Shown here: piece after piece, positions 25,591 through 39,065 of the stretch
Numbering within the stretch: the first letter of the stretch is position 1
How the letters are laid out: every line of letters begins with the position of its first letter
Assembly (NCBI GenBank): GCA_964016885.1
Contig: OZ024741.1
Span: 356,314,001 to 356,378,000 of the forward strand
DNA from: Eledone cirrhosa
Lineage: Eukaryota
Length of the DNA stretch: 64,000 nt
Direction of reading: 5' to 3'
Made by a program: the position numbers and the translations under genes
The notes under the pieces: model-generated
Databases searched by the model: none
Told to the model about the DNA's origin: nothing
What the model saw: the letters and a program-made list of their open reading frames with translations, nothing else

Positions 25591-28183
25591 TAATGGAAAA
25601 TTTGAACAGAAACAAAACAGAGAGGCAGTACAACGAATGTTTATTAATTTCACGCTCTGGAGAGTGGGTGGTGGTGGGGAACGACGTTTCGGGCATAAGC
25701 CCTTCCTCAGGTGAGAAGTGTGTGGGAGGAGAGTTCAAAGGGTGTGTAGGGGAGTGGTGGAGAGACATATAGCGAAAAGGGGGTGGGAGGAAACGGTGCG
25801 AATGAAATTAAAAATAAAAATAAAAATAAAGCATGATCAAAATAAAATGAAATGAAATAAAAATAAATATAAAAGCATGATCAAAATAAACTGAAATTAA
25901 AAAGGGGTAAAACAGGTGGTGGAAGGGTGTGGGGTGTGTAGGGGTGGTGGCGGGTGGAGTGGGGAGAGGGAGACGGGGTGTCCGAGCGGGGAGGGCTGAA
26001 GGTGGTGTGTGTGTGTAGGTGTACGTGTGTGTGTGTGTGTGTATGTGAAAGCAAGGGTTGGGGGAAGAACGGGGCTGCATGTTCAAGAAGAGGTGTGTGG
26101 GGGGTGGGGTGTAGGTCGGAGTGTGTGTGCGTGTGTGGATAGAGGGGTGGGGGGAGAGGGATCCGGAGGCTGAAGGTGTAAATATGTGGTGGAAAGCACG
26201 TGTGTGTGGGGTTTAAGCGTGTTGTGGGAGAAAAAAATTGTTTTGGGTGTGTGTGTGGGTGAGTTATATAGGTGATTCCGTAAGAGGATGTGGTTGAAAT
26301 GTTGGTAAACTCCTATGATGGTAGTAGATTCCACGGTGGTCAAGTTCCACATACGAGTATTCCATGAAGAGATGGTCGGAAGAGGAGAGATGTGGGGTGC
26401 GCGCGCAACAGGAAGTGGTCAAGGCGGTGGGAGTGCTGTGTGTCTGTTTGTGCTGGGAGGTGGTCAGAGGGCATAGCAGCAGTCGGGTGGAATGGTAAAG
26501 GGGCGAGGATGGGTAGGTGTGAAAGTTGGAGTGAGGAGGGATTGTGTGTGTAGAGGTGTTAGTGGGATGAGTGAGTGTGGAGAAAGGGTGTGGATGGAGC
26601 GGGGAGAGAAGGGTGTGGGGGTCAATGGAGGGAGTGTGGTGTACTGGTGTGTGTGTAGTTTGATGAAGTGGGTGTTAGTATACGGGAGGTGGAGAAGGGT
26701 TGAATGCAGGTGTGAGTGGGGGTTAGTGGTGGTAGGGTGTGTAGAGTTGGTGGTGTACGAGGGTGTGTGGGTACGTGTGCGTGGGGTTGAGGGTGTTAGT
26801 GATGTTAGTTGCGTGTGGGGTGGGTGGTGTAAGTGGGTGCGTGTGTTCGTGTGCTTGGGGTCAGGGAGTGTTAGTGAGGTTAGTTGCGGGGTGGTGGGAT
26901 GGAGGTGTGGGGGTGAGGGTTAGTGGTGGTAGTAGGGTGTGTGTTTAGTGTGAGCGCGTGTATATATGTGCCGGTGGGTGTGCGCGTGTGATAAGGAGGG
27001 GGAGGAGAAGAAGGGAGGGATGTTAGTATGTTAGTTGGGGAAGGGTGGTCGGATGAGGGGTGGAGTGGAGGTGTTAGTATTGTTAGTTGTGGAGTAGGCG
27101 GTGAAAAGGAGGGGTGTGTTAGTGGGTGATATGTGTGGGGGGAGAGGGGCGGTCGAAGGCTAAAGGAATAAGGGTGGGGAGTTCAGGCCGGGGGGAGTGT
27201 GGGTCTGTAAGATGAAGATGGTTCTTTGTTCGACTCTGAGGAGATTGGCGGGTGTTCCGTGGCATTGGAGTAGGCCACAGACTGTGAGATGGCGTGCGGA
27301 ATGTCCAGGGGCACCAAAGTGGCGGGCGATGGGGGAACTACCACCGAGACGAATATCCCGGAGGTGCTCAGTGAATCGGTCCGCCAGGCGACGTCCCGTC
27401 TGTCCGACGTAAGTCGCGCTGCAATCCGTGCAGCGAAATCCGTAGACTAGGTTGGAGGAGGTGCAGCGGAAGGCATGCCGAACAGAGAGAGAGTGGCCGT
27501 TGGGACCCTGGAAGGTGGTGGTGTTGGTGATGTGGGGACAGGTGTTGCAGCGGGGCCCAGAACAGGGAAAGGAACCGGGGGGAAAGAGCGTGGGTTGGGA
27601 GGTAGGGAGCTGTGGACGAGGAGGGTGCGGAGATTGCGTGCGCGTTTAAAGGAGGGGAGTGGTGGGGTTGGGAAGATGTGGTAGGTGGAGGGGTCGGACT
27701 GGAGGCGTCGGAAGAGGCGGCGGATGGTGCAGTGGAGGGGTAAGGTGGAGAGGTGGGAGGTGATGTGGAAGGGGAGACGGTGGGTGGGTGTGTGGTGGCG
27801 TGGGGTGAGGGTGGTGGAGCGGTGGACAGCACGGGCGCGTGTGAGAGCGGTGTGGACGAGAGAGGGGGTAACCTCTATGGATGAAATGGCTGACTAGGGA
27901 AAGGCCTGGGACTCGAAGTCAGCATCTCGGCTGCAGAGACGGCGGATCCTGAGGAGTTGGGAGTAGGAAATAGAGTGTTTAGTGTGTGTGGGGTGGGAAG
28001 AGGTGAAGTCGAAGTAAGAGTGGGAGTCGGTAGGTTTGAAGAAGGCGGAGGTGACGAGGGAGTGGTGGGAGGGGTCGAAAGCGACGGAGATGTCTAAGAA
28101 GTGGACGTGGGTGGTGGAGATAGAGGTGGTGAAGTGGAGGGAGGGGTGGAAGGAGCAGAAGAAGGAGAGAAAGGAGTCGAGAT
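25591..28183 (-). mobile_element. 5'-truncated GC-rich Penelope-like element (Neptune/Poseidon-like): RT thumb + GIY-YIG + long CA-rich 3'UTR
   Basis: HFLDISV...FKPTDSHSY..FTSSHP...YSQLLRIRRLCS; CSGPRCNTCP...CTSSNLVY..RC..C..TYVGQTGRRLADRFTEH. HHR near the 3' end. Confidence 0.88.
25683..25713 (-). ncRNA. Minimal hammerhead ribozyme of the Neptune/Poseidon-like PLE
   Basis: CUGAGGA-A-GGGC(UUAU)GCCC-GAAA-CG-UC. Stem I is weak. Confidence 0.7.
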
Positions 28184-28264
28184 ACAAATATACATATATA
28201 ATATACATATATATATATACATATTTATAGATACATATATATAGATACATATATATATACATAT

Positions 28265-28985
28265 ACGATAGCTAATAAGCTTGAAACTAGTACAGCGTTC
28301 CTTTGTCACTGTTGAACAAACGAGCAACGATGGTTGCTGGACACTACGGCTTAATACGGGATGTTTGTTTACGAACACACCGAGCATCATAATAAATGTT
28401 CGGTGAATCCATACGTACATATATATATGTATGCATGTATGTATATATATATATATACATACTACTGTACGTCTGTATACATATATGTATGTACGTGTAC
28501 ATACTTATATTTAAGTAACAGCCGTACTAAGAGTGGGAAATGAAATTTCGTTTCATTTTTTCCGTTTATCGTTTTCGGTGCACCCGGTCGATTAACCCAC
28601 TCAATATGAAAATTGGGCTACTCAGCCGTTAATATGCATAAGGTAAGTATATACGTTCAACAATCTGGCAGGAAGGTATACGTTGCTGACGATAGCTAAT
28701 AAGCTTGAAACTAGTACAGCGTTCCTTTGTCACTGTTGAACAAACGAGCAACGATGGTTGCTGGACACTACGGCTTAATACGGGATGTTTGCTTACAAAC
28801 ACACCGAGCATTATAATAAATGTTCGGTGAATCCATACGCACATATATATATATGTGTGCATGTATGTATATATATATACATACTACTGTACGTCTGTAT
28901 ACATATATGTATATACGTGTACATACTTATATTTAAGTAACAGCCGTACTAAGAGTGGGAAATGAAATTTCGTTTCAATTTTTCA
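28265..28985 (+). repeat. About 424-bp HHR-containing tandem repeat (about 1.7 units), no ORF, flanked by (TA)n
   Basis: acgatagctaataagcttgaaactag at 28265 and 28689. Confidence 0.85.
28680..28722 (+). ncRNA. Minimal type I hammerhead ribozyme at the monomer junction
   Basis: ACGUUG-CUGACGA-U-AGCU(AAUA)AGCU-U-GAAA-CUAG-UA-CAGCGU: 6-bp stem I, palindromic stem III, GUA cleavage triplet. Confidence 0.75.
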
Positions 28986-29023
28986 ATTTATATATATATA
29001 CATATATATATATCTATATATAA

Positions 29024-29258
<235 letters not shown>

Positions 29259-29489
29259 GAAACACACAGATACATGCGGACACACACATATATACATGAA
29301 TGCATCCGCACCCAACTGTGAGTTAAGGGTGCCAACTTCACCGATGTTGCTCAATGAATGACTGGGTCAGACCAATTCAGTTTGAACCAGACTGAACCAG
29401 TATCAGAGTTAAAAATACATTATGAAGAGAGAAGAAACATTTAGATATAATTAGTAATAAAATGTATCATACCTAAACTGTTCCTAAAT

Positions 29490-29577
29490 TCCTCGACTAC
29501 GTAGTTTCGTGGCATAAACAAAAACAATATATCAAAGATATAGTGTCCTTGCGAGGTCTGCCGACTTATCAAGAGGA
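29490..29577 (-). ncRNA. Type I hammerhead ribozyme with U3:A8 core covariation
   Basis: UCCUC-UUGAUAA-GU-c-GGCA...UGCC-AC-GAAA-CUACGUAG-UC-GAGGA; GUC triplet. Confidence 0.8.
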
Positions 29578-30080
29578 TACCTCATTTTACTAGTCTCAAG
29601 AACGCGTCTACACGACGCGAGAAAGAATCCCAAAAGGCGGAGGGGGAGATAGTCACGCGATATAACGGTCGAGAAACAGAGCCAAGCCTCCTATAACCAC
29701 GAAGAAAATATCACGGAGGCGGAGGGGGTATTCATATCGAGGCCGTAGAAGAGGTAGTGAAGAAGGCGAGAAGTATGAGTAATGGAAGCTTTCCAGTTGT
29801 CCCCACACTTCAAAGATTGCTCGACCAGAGGGAGTTATTAATATATTAAGAAACACACAGATACATGCGGACACACACATATATACATGAATGCATCCGC
29901 ACCCAACTGTGAGTTAAGGGTGCCAACTTCACCGATGTTGCTCAATGAATGACTGGGACAGACCAATTCAGTTTGAACCAGACTGAACCAGTATCAGAGT
30001 TAAAAATACATTATGAAGAGAGAAGAAACATTTAGATATAATTAGTAATAAAATGTATCATACCTAAACTGTTCCTAAAT

Positions 30081-30168
30081 TCCTCGACTACGTAGTTTCG
30101 TGGCATAAACAAAAACAATATATCAAAGATATAGAGTCCTTGCGAGGTCTGCCGACTTATCAAGAGGA
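30081..30168 (-). ncRNA. Second U3:A8 hammerhead, exactly 591 bp from the first
   Basis: Same core and stems as 29490-29577. Confidence 0.8.
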
Positions 30169-30648
30169 TACCTCATTTTACTAGTCTCAAGAACGCGTCT
30201 ACACGACGCGAGAAAGAATCCCAAAAGGCGGAGGGGGAGATAGTCACGCGATATAACGGTCGAGAAACAGAGCTAAGCCTCCTATAACCACGAAGAAAAT
30301 ACCACGGAGGCGGAGGGGGTTTTCAAATCGAGGCCGTAGAAGAGGTAGTGAAGAAGGCGAGAAGTATGAGTAATGGAAGCTTTCCAGTTGTCCCCACACT
30401 TCAAAGATTGCTCGACCAGAGGGAGTTATTAATATATTAAGAAACACACAGATACATGCGGACACACACATATATACATGAATGCATCCGCACCCAACTG
30501 TGAGTTAAGGGTGCCAACTTCACCGATGTTGCTCAATGAATGACTGGGACAGACCAATTCAGTTTGAACCAGACTGAACCAGTATCAGAGTTAAAAATAC
30601 ATTATGAAGAGAGAAGAAACATTTAGATATAATTAGTAATAAAATGTA

Positions 30649-32792
30649 TCCACCTCCCACATCTTCCCAACCCCACCACTCCCCTCCTTCAAATGCGGAC
30701 GCAATCTCCGCACCCTCCTCGTCCACAGCACCCTACCCGCCAACCCACGCTCTCCCCCCCCCCCGGTTCCTTTCCCTGTTCTGGGCCCCGCTGCAACACC
30801 TGTCCCCACATCACCAACACCACCACCTTCCGGGGTCCCAACGGCCACTCTCTCTCTGTCCTGCATGCCTTCCGCTGCACCTCCTCCAACCTAGTCTACG
30901 GATTTCGCTGCACGGAGTGCAGCGCGACTTACGTCGAACAGACGGGACGTCGCCTGGCGGACCGATTCACTGAGCACCTCCGGGATATTCGTCTCGGTGG
31001 TAGTTCCCCCATCGCCCGCGACTTTGGTGGCCCTGGACATTCCGCACGCCATCTCACAGTCTGTGGCCTACTCCAGTGCCACGGAACACCCGCCAATCGC
31101 CTTAGAGTCGAACAAAGAACTATCTTCATCTTACAGACCCACACTTCCCCCGGCCTGAACTCCCCACCCTTATTCCTTTAGCCTTCGACCTCCCCCCTCC
31201 CCCCACACTTATCCCCCACTAACACCACTAACACACCCCTCCTTTTCACCGCCCACCCCACTCCTAACAATACTAACACCTCCACTCCACCCCTCATCTG
31301 ACCACCCTTCCTCATACTAACATCCCTCCCTTCTTCTCCTCCTCCCCCTTCCTTATCACACGCACACACCCACCGGCACATATATACACGCGCTCACACT
31401 AAACACACACCCTACTACCACCACTAACCCTCACCCCCACACCTCTCACCCCCACACCTCCATCCCACCACCCGGCAACTAACCTCACTAACACCCCCTG
31501 ACCCCAAGCACACGAACACACGCACCCACTTACACCACCCACCCCACACGCAACTAACATCACTAACACCCCCCAACCCCACGCACACACACACCCTCGT
31601 ACACCACCAACTCTACACACCCTACCACCACTAACCCCCACTCACACCTGCATTCAACCCCTCCCCACCTCCCGTATACTAACACCCACTAACACCCCTT
31701 CATCAAACCACACACACACCAGTACACCACACTCCCTCCATAGAACTACACACACCCTTCTCTCCCCGCTCCACCCACACCCTCGCTCCACACTCACTCA
31801 TCCCACTAACACTTCTACTAATACACACACACACACCCTCCTCACTCCAACTTTCACACCTACCCATCCTCGCCCCTTTACCATTCCGCCGACTGCTGCT
31901 ATGCCCTCTGACCACCTCCCAGCACAAACAGACACACAGCACTCCCACTGCTTGACCACTTCCTGTTACGCGCGCACCCCACATCTCTCCTCTTCCGACC
32001 ATCGCTTCATGGAATACTCGTACGTAGAACTTGACCACCACAGAATCCACTAAACATCATCGGATTTTACCAACTTTTCAACCATCCTCTTACGTAATCA
32101 CCTATATAACTCACCCACACACACACCCAAAAAAAATGTTTTCTCCACACGCCACCTACACCCACAACACGCTTAAACCCCACACACACGTTCTTTCCAC
32201 CACATATTTACACCCTCAGCCTCCTGATCCTCTCCCCCCATCCCTCTATCCACACACGCACAGACACTCCGACCTACAACCCCCCAACACACCTCTTCCT
32301 GAACATGCAACCCCGTTCTTCCCCCAACCCTTACTTTCACATACACACACACACACACACACACGTACACCTACACACACACACCACCTTCAGCCCTCCC
32401 CGCTCGGACACCCCGTCTCCCTCTCCCCACTCCACCCGCCACCACCCCTACACACACCCACACCCTTCCACCACCTGTTTTACCCCCCTTTTAATTTCAG
32501 TTTATTTTGATCATGCTTTTATATTTAAATTTATTTCATTCCTTGTATTTTGATCATGCTTTATTTTTATTTTTATTTTTATTTTTAATTTCATTCGCAC
32601 CGTTTCCTTTCGCTATATGTCTCTCCACCACTCCCCTACACACCCTTTGAACTCTGTTCCCACACACTTCTCACCTGAGGAAGGGCTTATGCCCGAAACG
32701 TCGTTCCCCACCAACACCCCACTCTCCAGAGCGTGAAATTAATAAACATTCCTTGTACTGCCTCTCTGTTTTGTTCCTGTTCAAATTTTTCC

Positions 32793-32795
<3 letters not shown>
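30649..32795 (+). mobile_element. Second, inverted copy of the Neptune/Poseidon-like PLE (GIY-YIG + 3'UTR)
   Basis: ORF 30693-31181 is a GIY-YIG domain with substitutions YVEQT and ARDF. Colinear reverse complement of 25591-27693 with scattered differences. Confidence 0.88.
32672..32704 (+). ncRNA. Minimal hammerhead ribozyme (same family as 25683-25713)
   Basis: ctgaggaagggcttatgcccgaaacgtc. Confidence 0.7.
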
Positions 32796-32881
<86 letters not shown>

Positions 32882-32927
32882 TTATATATATGTATGTATA
32901 TATATATATATATGTATGTATATATAT

Positions 32928-33247
32928 ATAATTGAATATACAAGGGAGATGAACACTAATACAAACATACATGTGTCCGAATTGTAAGGACCAGGTTTGC
33001 TAGGGTGAAAAAGTACTTACAGCAATATGGTTTGCCAGACTTAATTTAAAGTAGTAAATTAAAAAAAATTGGGCAACTGCCTGAAAATATAGGTTTGTTA
33101 TTATTTTTTTTAATTTACTACTTTAAATTAAGTCTGGCAAACCATATTGCTGTAGTTAGTATTTGTTCACCCTAGCAAACCTGGTCCTTACAATTCGGAC
33201 ACATGTATGTTTGTATTAGTGTTCATCTCCCTTGTATATTCAATTAT
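32928..33247. repeat. About 140-bp-arm fold-back element embedded in (TA)n
   Basis: 32928-33068 is the near-perfect reverse complement of 33104-33247. Confidence 0.85.
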
Positions 33248-33531
33248 ATATATATACATATATATATATATATTAATATATATATACATATATATATATA
33301 TATAAATATATATATATACATACATATATATAAATATATATATACATACATATATAAATATATATATACATACATATATATATAAATATATATATACATA
33401 CATATATATATATAAATATATATATACATACATATATATATATACATATATATATATAAATATATATATACATATATATATATATATAAATATATATATA
33501 CATACATATATATATATAAATATATATATAC

Positions 33532-33609
<78 letters not shown>

Positions 33610-33611
<2 letters not shown>

Positions 33612-36600
33612 GAAGAAGAGGTTCATGAAACGGAAATGCGGGTATAAAGAATTAATTAGGTAACAATTGTTTCTATAGTGTGTGGGTTACCTATACCTCG
33701 CTATTTGTATAATATAAAAATATTATCATAAATCGTAGGTACACTGTAAGAGAACACACCATGTCGTCAGACCTTTATGGTAGAATGATAGGAAAATATT
33801 TTATACACTAGATATGAGAGAAAGTAGGATGTAGGAAGGGAAGAGTAAGAGGGAAGCGAGTAAGGGGGAGGCAGTCTTAGAATTCAAGACTGTCAGAGAA
33901 GTAGATATTGTATAGAAGAAAATGTTCTGGCAGCAGTTAGCTAAATGAGGCGTGTTAGGGTTGGCGGGGGAAGTAAAAACTTCTAGTTGTGTTGTTTGGA
34001 CAAAATTTAGTTAAAGGGGTCAATGTAGTACAGAATTACAGACAAGTTATTGGGGCTATTATAGTAGCAGGATATTTCTAAAGGGGTCTAAAAAACAGTG
34101 TTTAGTGCTATTATTATAAAAAGCCATATCGTGTGTATAAACATATAAAAATATGAAATAAAAATTAAAATTAAAATTTGCAAATGGTGGTGTAAAAAGA
34201 TAACATTACATGCATTTAAAAAAAGAAAAAGTCGTTTTTAAACGATGGTTACAGTAAAGTGAACGTTCAATTTTGCTGTTCAAAAGTTCGTTTTCCGACG
34301 TTAAAATGCAGTATATCTCCATATTGCATAATTTACAAAATCGGTGATTTTGCTTATATGCTGGCGCAACAACAATAATTTGCCAATCAAGGGAGAATGC
34401 TTGATTGTTTTTCCGAAGCTGCCAGGCTTTATCGGCGAGAGTTGTTACGGAGCGCATTTTCTCATGCTTGATCTAAGATCGATGTTGGTATAGGCGAGCT
34501 TTGAAAGACGTAATACCATTTGTTGGTTCCGGAATTTATTGTACATCGGTAGACAATATTGCGTGCTAGGCATTGGTTATTCAATGGGTACGAACCTGGT
34601 TTATTGCAGTTACAGTTATTTTTATGTTTTGCAGTAGAATCCTGGATAGTTTGGTGGGGTTGTAGCTGCGTGTTAGTGCGTTGTATGTCGCTATGCTGGT
34701 GCGCTGTGTCATTAGGGATGTACTTATTTAGTATTGTTGAGTTGAGTTTTTTAATCAGTTGTTCTGTTAGGTGCAGTGGAGTATGAGAGTCTAATGGTGC
34801 GCGAGTTTAAGATTTTATAGTATTTATGTGAAGTTGTAAAGTGTTTATTGATCAGTGTATAGAATTGTGAGATAATCTTAGTGCTAATAGAAATATTGTA
34901 CACGGGGTTATACCATATGTACTCTCTACGTCTAACTCTATTTGTTGGTTTGCACCTATTATTATGCCTATTAATGTGCCTGTGTGGTGTAATACTAGTT
35001 CGACTTAGATGTGATTTATTCATAGTACCTATGTGGTTATCTTCTAGATATTCTATTTTCTAGCAGTAACCAGCTTTTCTAAGTGCGTCGTTATAATACT
35101 CAGCATGCTCGTTGAAGGTCTGCAAATTAGACGATAGTCGGGAGATCCTTATGGATATATTTTTAGGGATAGATTTAATAATGGAATGGGGATGATTCGA
35201 TCTTACATTAACGTACTTGAGATTTTCATTAAGTTTGTGAAATGGCTTTATATTACCGTTATTAAGGTTGAAGGTGATATCCAAGAAATTGACCACTTTA
35301 AGATTGTGTTCGAAGGTAATATTAAGTCCTAGTTCTAAGAAAAGTTTCCTAATGTTTTTACGTCGCCTTTCTAGGTTTTGTTTGTTCATATTTTTGACTA
35401 ATAGGAGTGCATCATCACGGTAGATTCCACCGTGGAGGTCAATAAATTCGCTCTGGAGTCTGTGAGCTATATAGATTCCAACCAAATCTGTAACTTCCGC
35501 CGAATCATTAGAACCCATCGTAATGTCAAATTCTGAGGGTCTATCTCTGCGGACCCAATAACTATTTTCAAAATTGACTACTGTGCGTCTAGCTTCAAGT
35601 ATAATATTAATATCCTCGTTTGTGAGGTCCGAGTTGGCCTTAGCGAATGAGAGGGCCTTATGCAGAGTTTCAGGTGAAATAGAGGAATAGTATTCATCTA
35701 TATCGAATTGAATAAAAGATTTGTTTTTGTCACTGATGTTATTGAACCAACTTATTGCCTGTTGAGTATTACCCCATAATTTAATATCTACCTTAGCCTT
35801 AACTTGGGGGATAATACGATCTAATATGTACTTACTGATTCTACCTATATCAGATTTTGAAGGACATATTAATCTAATTTTAGGGTTAGTATCGAAGTTA
35901 GCCTTATGGTCCTTCAAATTAAAAGTCTGTGTAGCTGGAGATAGGGGTTCCGTTCTGTCGTCGATTTTCAGTTTCTTAACAATATCACATGCTGCGTTAT
36001 TAATGTTGGTTAGTGTAGTTGCGTTTTTTTTGTACTTCGTATGTAATTCCTTACGTATAAAATTATTATACGTTTCTACATCTAGGGTATATAGATTCGA
36101 TGTTTTGTCTGCCTTTATAATAATTCCTTTGGTATTTCTCAGGTTGTCGAGTAGAGTTTTAATCTCCCGTTGCAGTTCATTTTTCCTTCCGTTTGCAAAT
36201 TTGATTCCGGTTATCATTTTCATTAAGTCTTGCTCGAAAGAATCCAGAAAAGGGTTAGAGGGTGGGTTTTTGTAGGATTTGAAACGAAACTTATCGTTGT
36301 TGGTGTCGGAAGTTTGTGTAATCATATTCCTATCGAAGTGAAAGGCCTTCCATCTAATCCGCCGAATAAATTCGTTGGTCCTTTGTATCATACCAAGAAT
36401 GTATTCTTTTTTACCTTGTATGGGTATGTTTTTTAAGGACATACCACAATGATGTTTTTCCATTTCAGAGACGTAGGTTGATAGGTTACTCGACTGTAAA
36501 GGAGTGTGAAGAATTAATAAATCTGTGCTCCAATGTTACTAGGTAGTCGCATTGGATGGAGTCAACCGACGTCGGAGATTGCTCAACGTATAATAAAATA

Positions 36601-36756
36601 TGCTTTTAAAATCTGGAGAAAATACGAAGAAGAGGTTTATGAAACGGAAATGCGGGTATAAAGAATTAATTAGGTAACAATTGTTTCTATAGTGTGTGGG
36701 TTACCTATACCTCGCTATTTGTATAATATAAAAATATTATCATAAATCGTAGGTAC
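33610..36756 (-). mobile_element. Second Hydra-clade-like PLE with direct partial pLTRs; ORF disrupted
   Basis: About 133-bp direct repeat at 33610-33742 and 36624-36756. ORF pieces 35060-36463 (SLKNIP, KADKTSN, FDIDEYYSSI, GIYRDD), 34751-35023 and 34206-34457 (CKLCNME..LLNSK). (TA)n on both sides. Confidence 0.88.
33658..33774 (-). ncRNA. Variant hammerhead ribozyme in the 3' pLTR
   Basis: AGGU-CUGACGA-C-AUGGUGUG...CACACUAU-A-GAAA-CAAUUG-UU-ACCU. Confidence 0.75.
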
Positions 36757-37000
36757 ATATATATATATATATATACGTATGTATATATATATATATATAT
36801 ACATATATACATATATATATAAATATATATAAATATATATACACACATACATACACACATATATATATATATATATACACCCCATACATACACACATATA
36901 TATATAATATATATAGAGAGAGAGAGAGGGAGAGATGTATATATATGTGTGTATATAGATGTATATATATATATATATATATATGTATATACACAAACAC

Positions 37001-37080
<80 letters not shown>

Positions 37081-37649
37081 AAGATATATATTACACACAC
37101 ATATACTGACATGGTTTGTAACTACCCGTTCAACTCATGCTAACAATGAAAACGGATGTTAAATGATGATGAAAAGGTCGTGGAGGATACAATGGAGTAC
37201 TACCCTTACATCTGGAACAGCGTTGCTGCTGCACACAAATATTCTATACTACATTTAGGGGAAGGCCACTTCACTCTAGCCTCTGGTCTATGTACGTTCT
37301 ATCTCCTCCCTTAACCATTTCTATCACTACTATAGTTTACTGTATTTATTCATCACCAAGATATCAATGAATGCTTATATAATGTGAATTATAAATTATT
37401 ACTCTTACATTTATGCAGCCTCATTGAAATATTTTTAAATTACAGCACGGTCAGTTACGTTTACTCTTTTATTCATGTGTATTTAGCTTTCTAAACAAAA
37501 ATATATGCATGGACATTTTTAGCTCAGATCATATCACTTGTCTAACAGGAATAGATAATAACTCAGCTTTCTAATTCAATCAAAACTAATTATCATATAT
37601 TCATTACAGCAAATAAGCAAACACTAAAATCATATCACACAATTTATTG

Positions 37650-39065
37650 TAATCATCATCATTTTACATCCACTTTTCCCTGCTTGCAAGGGTGGGGCGG
37701 GTCCTATTCAGTACAACATTTCTCCATTTGTCAGTCCTTCGTCATCTCCTCCATGAGCTTCAGCGATCTGAGGTCTGCTCTCACCACCTCCACCCATGAT
37801 TTCCGTGGTCTTTCTCTACTGTGTCTTCCTTCTACTGGGATTTTTTGGCACTTCTTTACCCAGCAGTCATCCTCCATGCAAATCACATGTCCATATCAAT
37901 GCAGTCTTCTCTCCCGCACACTACAGCTTATCCCTCTTATACACAGTTTCTCTCAACTCGTCTATGCTTGGTCGTTCAGGCACATTGACATTGCACATCC
38001 AACGGAGCATGCTTGCTTCTATAAATCTATGAACAAAGTTGTCAATGAGGATGAAGCTGTTCATTATCCCATTGAATTTCTCAACAGTCTGGAACTGTCA
38101 GGTAGGCTGCCGCATAACATTGAATTGAAGAAGGGCACAGTCATCATGCTTCTTAGAAAGCTGGATTAGCCATGATTGTGCAATGGGACACATGGTCGTG
38201 ACTAAACTACAGCCTCACATTATCAAAGCCAAAATCCTCACTGGATGTGGTAAGGGATACATCATATTTATACCAAGAATGCCGCTAATACCAACAGATG
38301 ACTCCTTTTATTTCAAATGATTGCAATTCCCAGTGAGAGTTAGTTACACAATGGCCATTAACAAGTTCCAAGGTCAAACACTGCAGGCTGTTAGTTTCCA
38401 TCTCTAAATAGCTTCTAGCCTATTCTCACCTTGACTACCACACTTTCAGAGCAACCTCCCCAACTGTTGATTAGGTCACCTAGTTAAGAAAAGTTGTCAA
38501 CAACCTCTAGGGAGACTCCTTGGCAACTGAGTAAATCTATTTTGTGTGTGCTCATAGTGCTTACTTCTCCTGTACATCTACTGCATATAAAATCTATCCC
38601 TTCAGTTAGCTTGTCTGCAATCCACTACACTTCTTATGTCTATAGGTTAGACTGTGTGCAGCTTATGGAATTTCTGCTCACCCCTTTTCAACACAAAGAT
38701 AAGCCACTTCCCTGATGATAACTTCCTAACTTCCTTCCTATCTATTAAGACTTTTGTCTTTGCTAAGTTTACTTTTAGGCCTTTCAATTCTAGAATTTTC
38801 TTCGCTGTCTGGAATTTTCCCTCCAACATATTCAGCTATAAGAACTAGTTCATCAGCATACAGGAGTTCCCATGGAGTGCAAGTCTTGGTCTTCTCACTT
38901 ATGGCCTGAAGGGCAACGGTAAATAGAAGTAAACTGGAGATTGAGCCCTGGGGGACTCCCATCTACATTTCAAATCCATTATTGTATCATCGTCAACTCT
39001 CACTTTGCTCATTACACCTCTATACATGGTTTGCACAGCCCTCACAAGCTATTTGTCAACATCTT
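37650..39065 (-). mobile_element. Degenerate RTE LINE pieces (37650-38020 and 38405-39065) interrupted by a Helitron fragment
   Basis: GVPQGSISS...PWELLYADELV...GLKVNLAKTKVL; 3' tail at 37653. Confidence 0.75.
38020..38402 (+). mobile_element. Helitron PIF1-helicase fragment
   Basis: YPIEFLNSLELSG.LPHNIELKKG..IMLLR..LCNGT...IPRMPL...QFPVRVSY.MAINK.QGQTL, with stop codons. Confidence 0.85.

Noticed and set aside
34206-36463. Selenocysteine read-through, as reported for some Naiad PLEs
   Set aside because: The break at 35060 is TAG and the others are frameshifts. The domain order is C-terminal EN, not Naiad-like.
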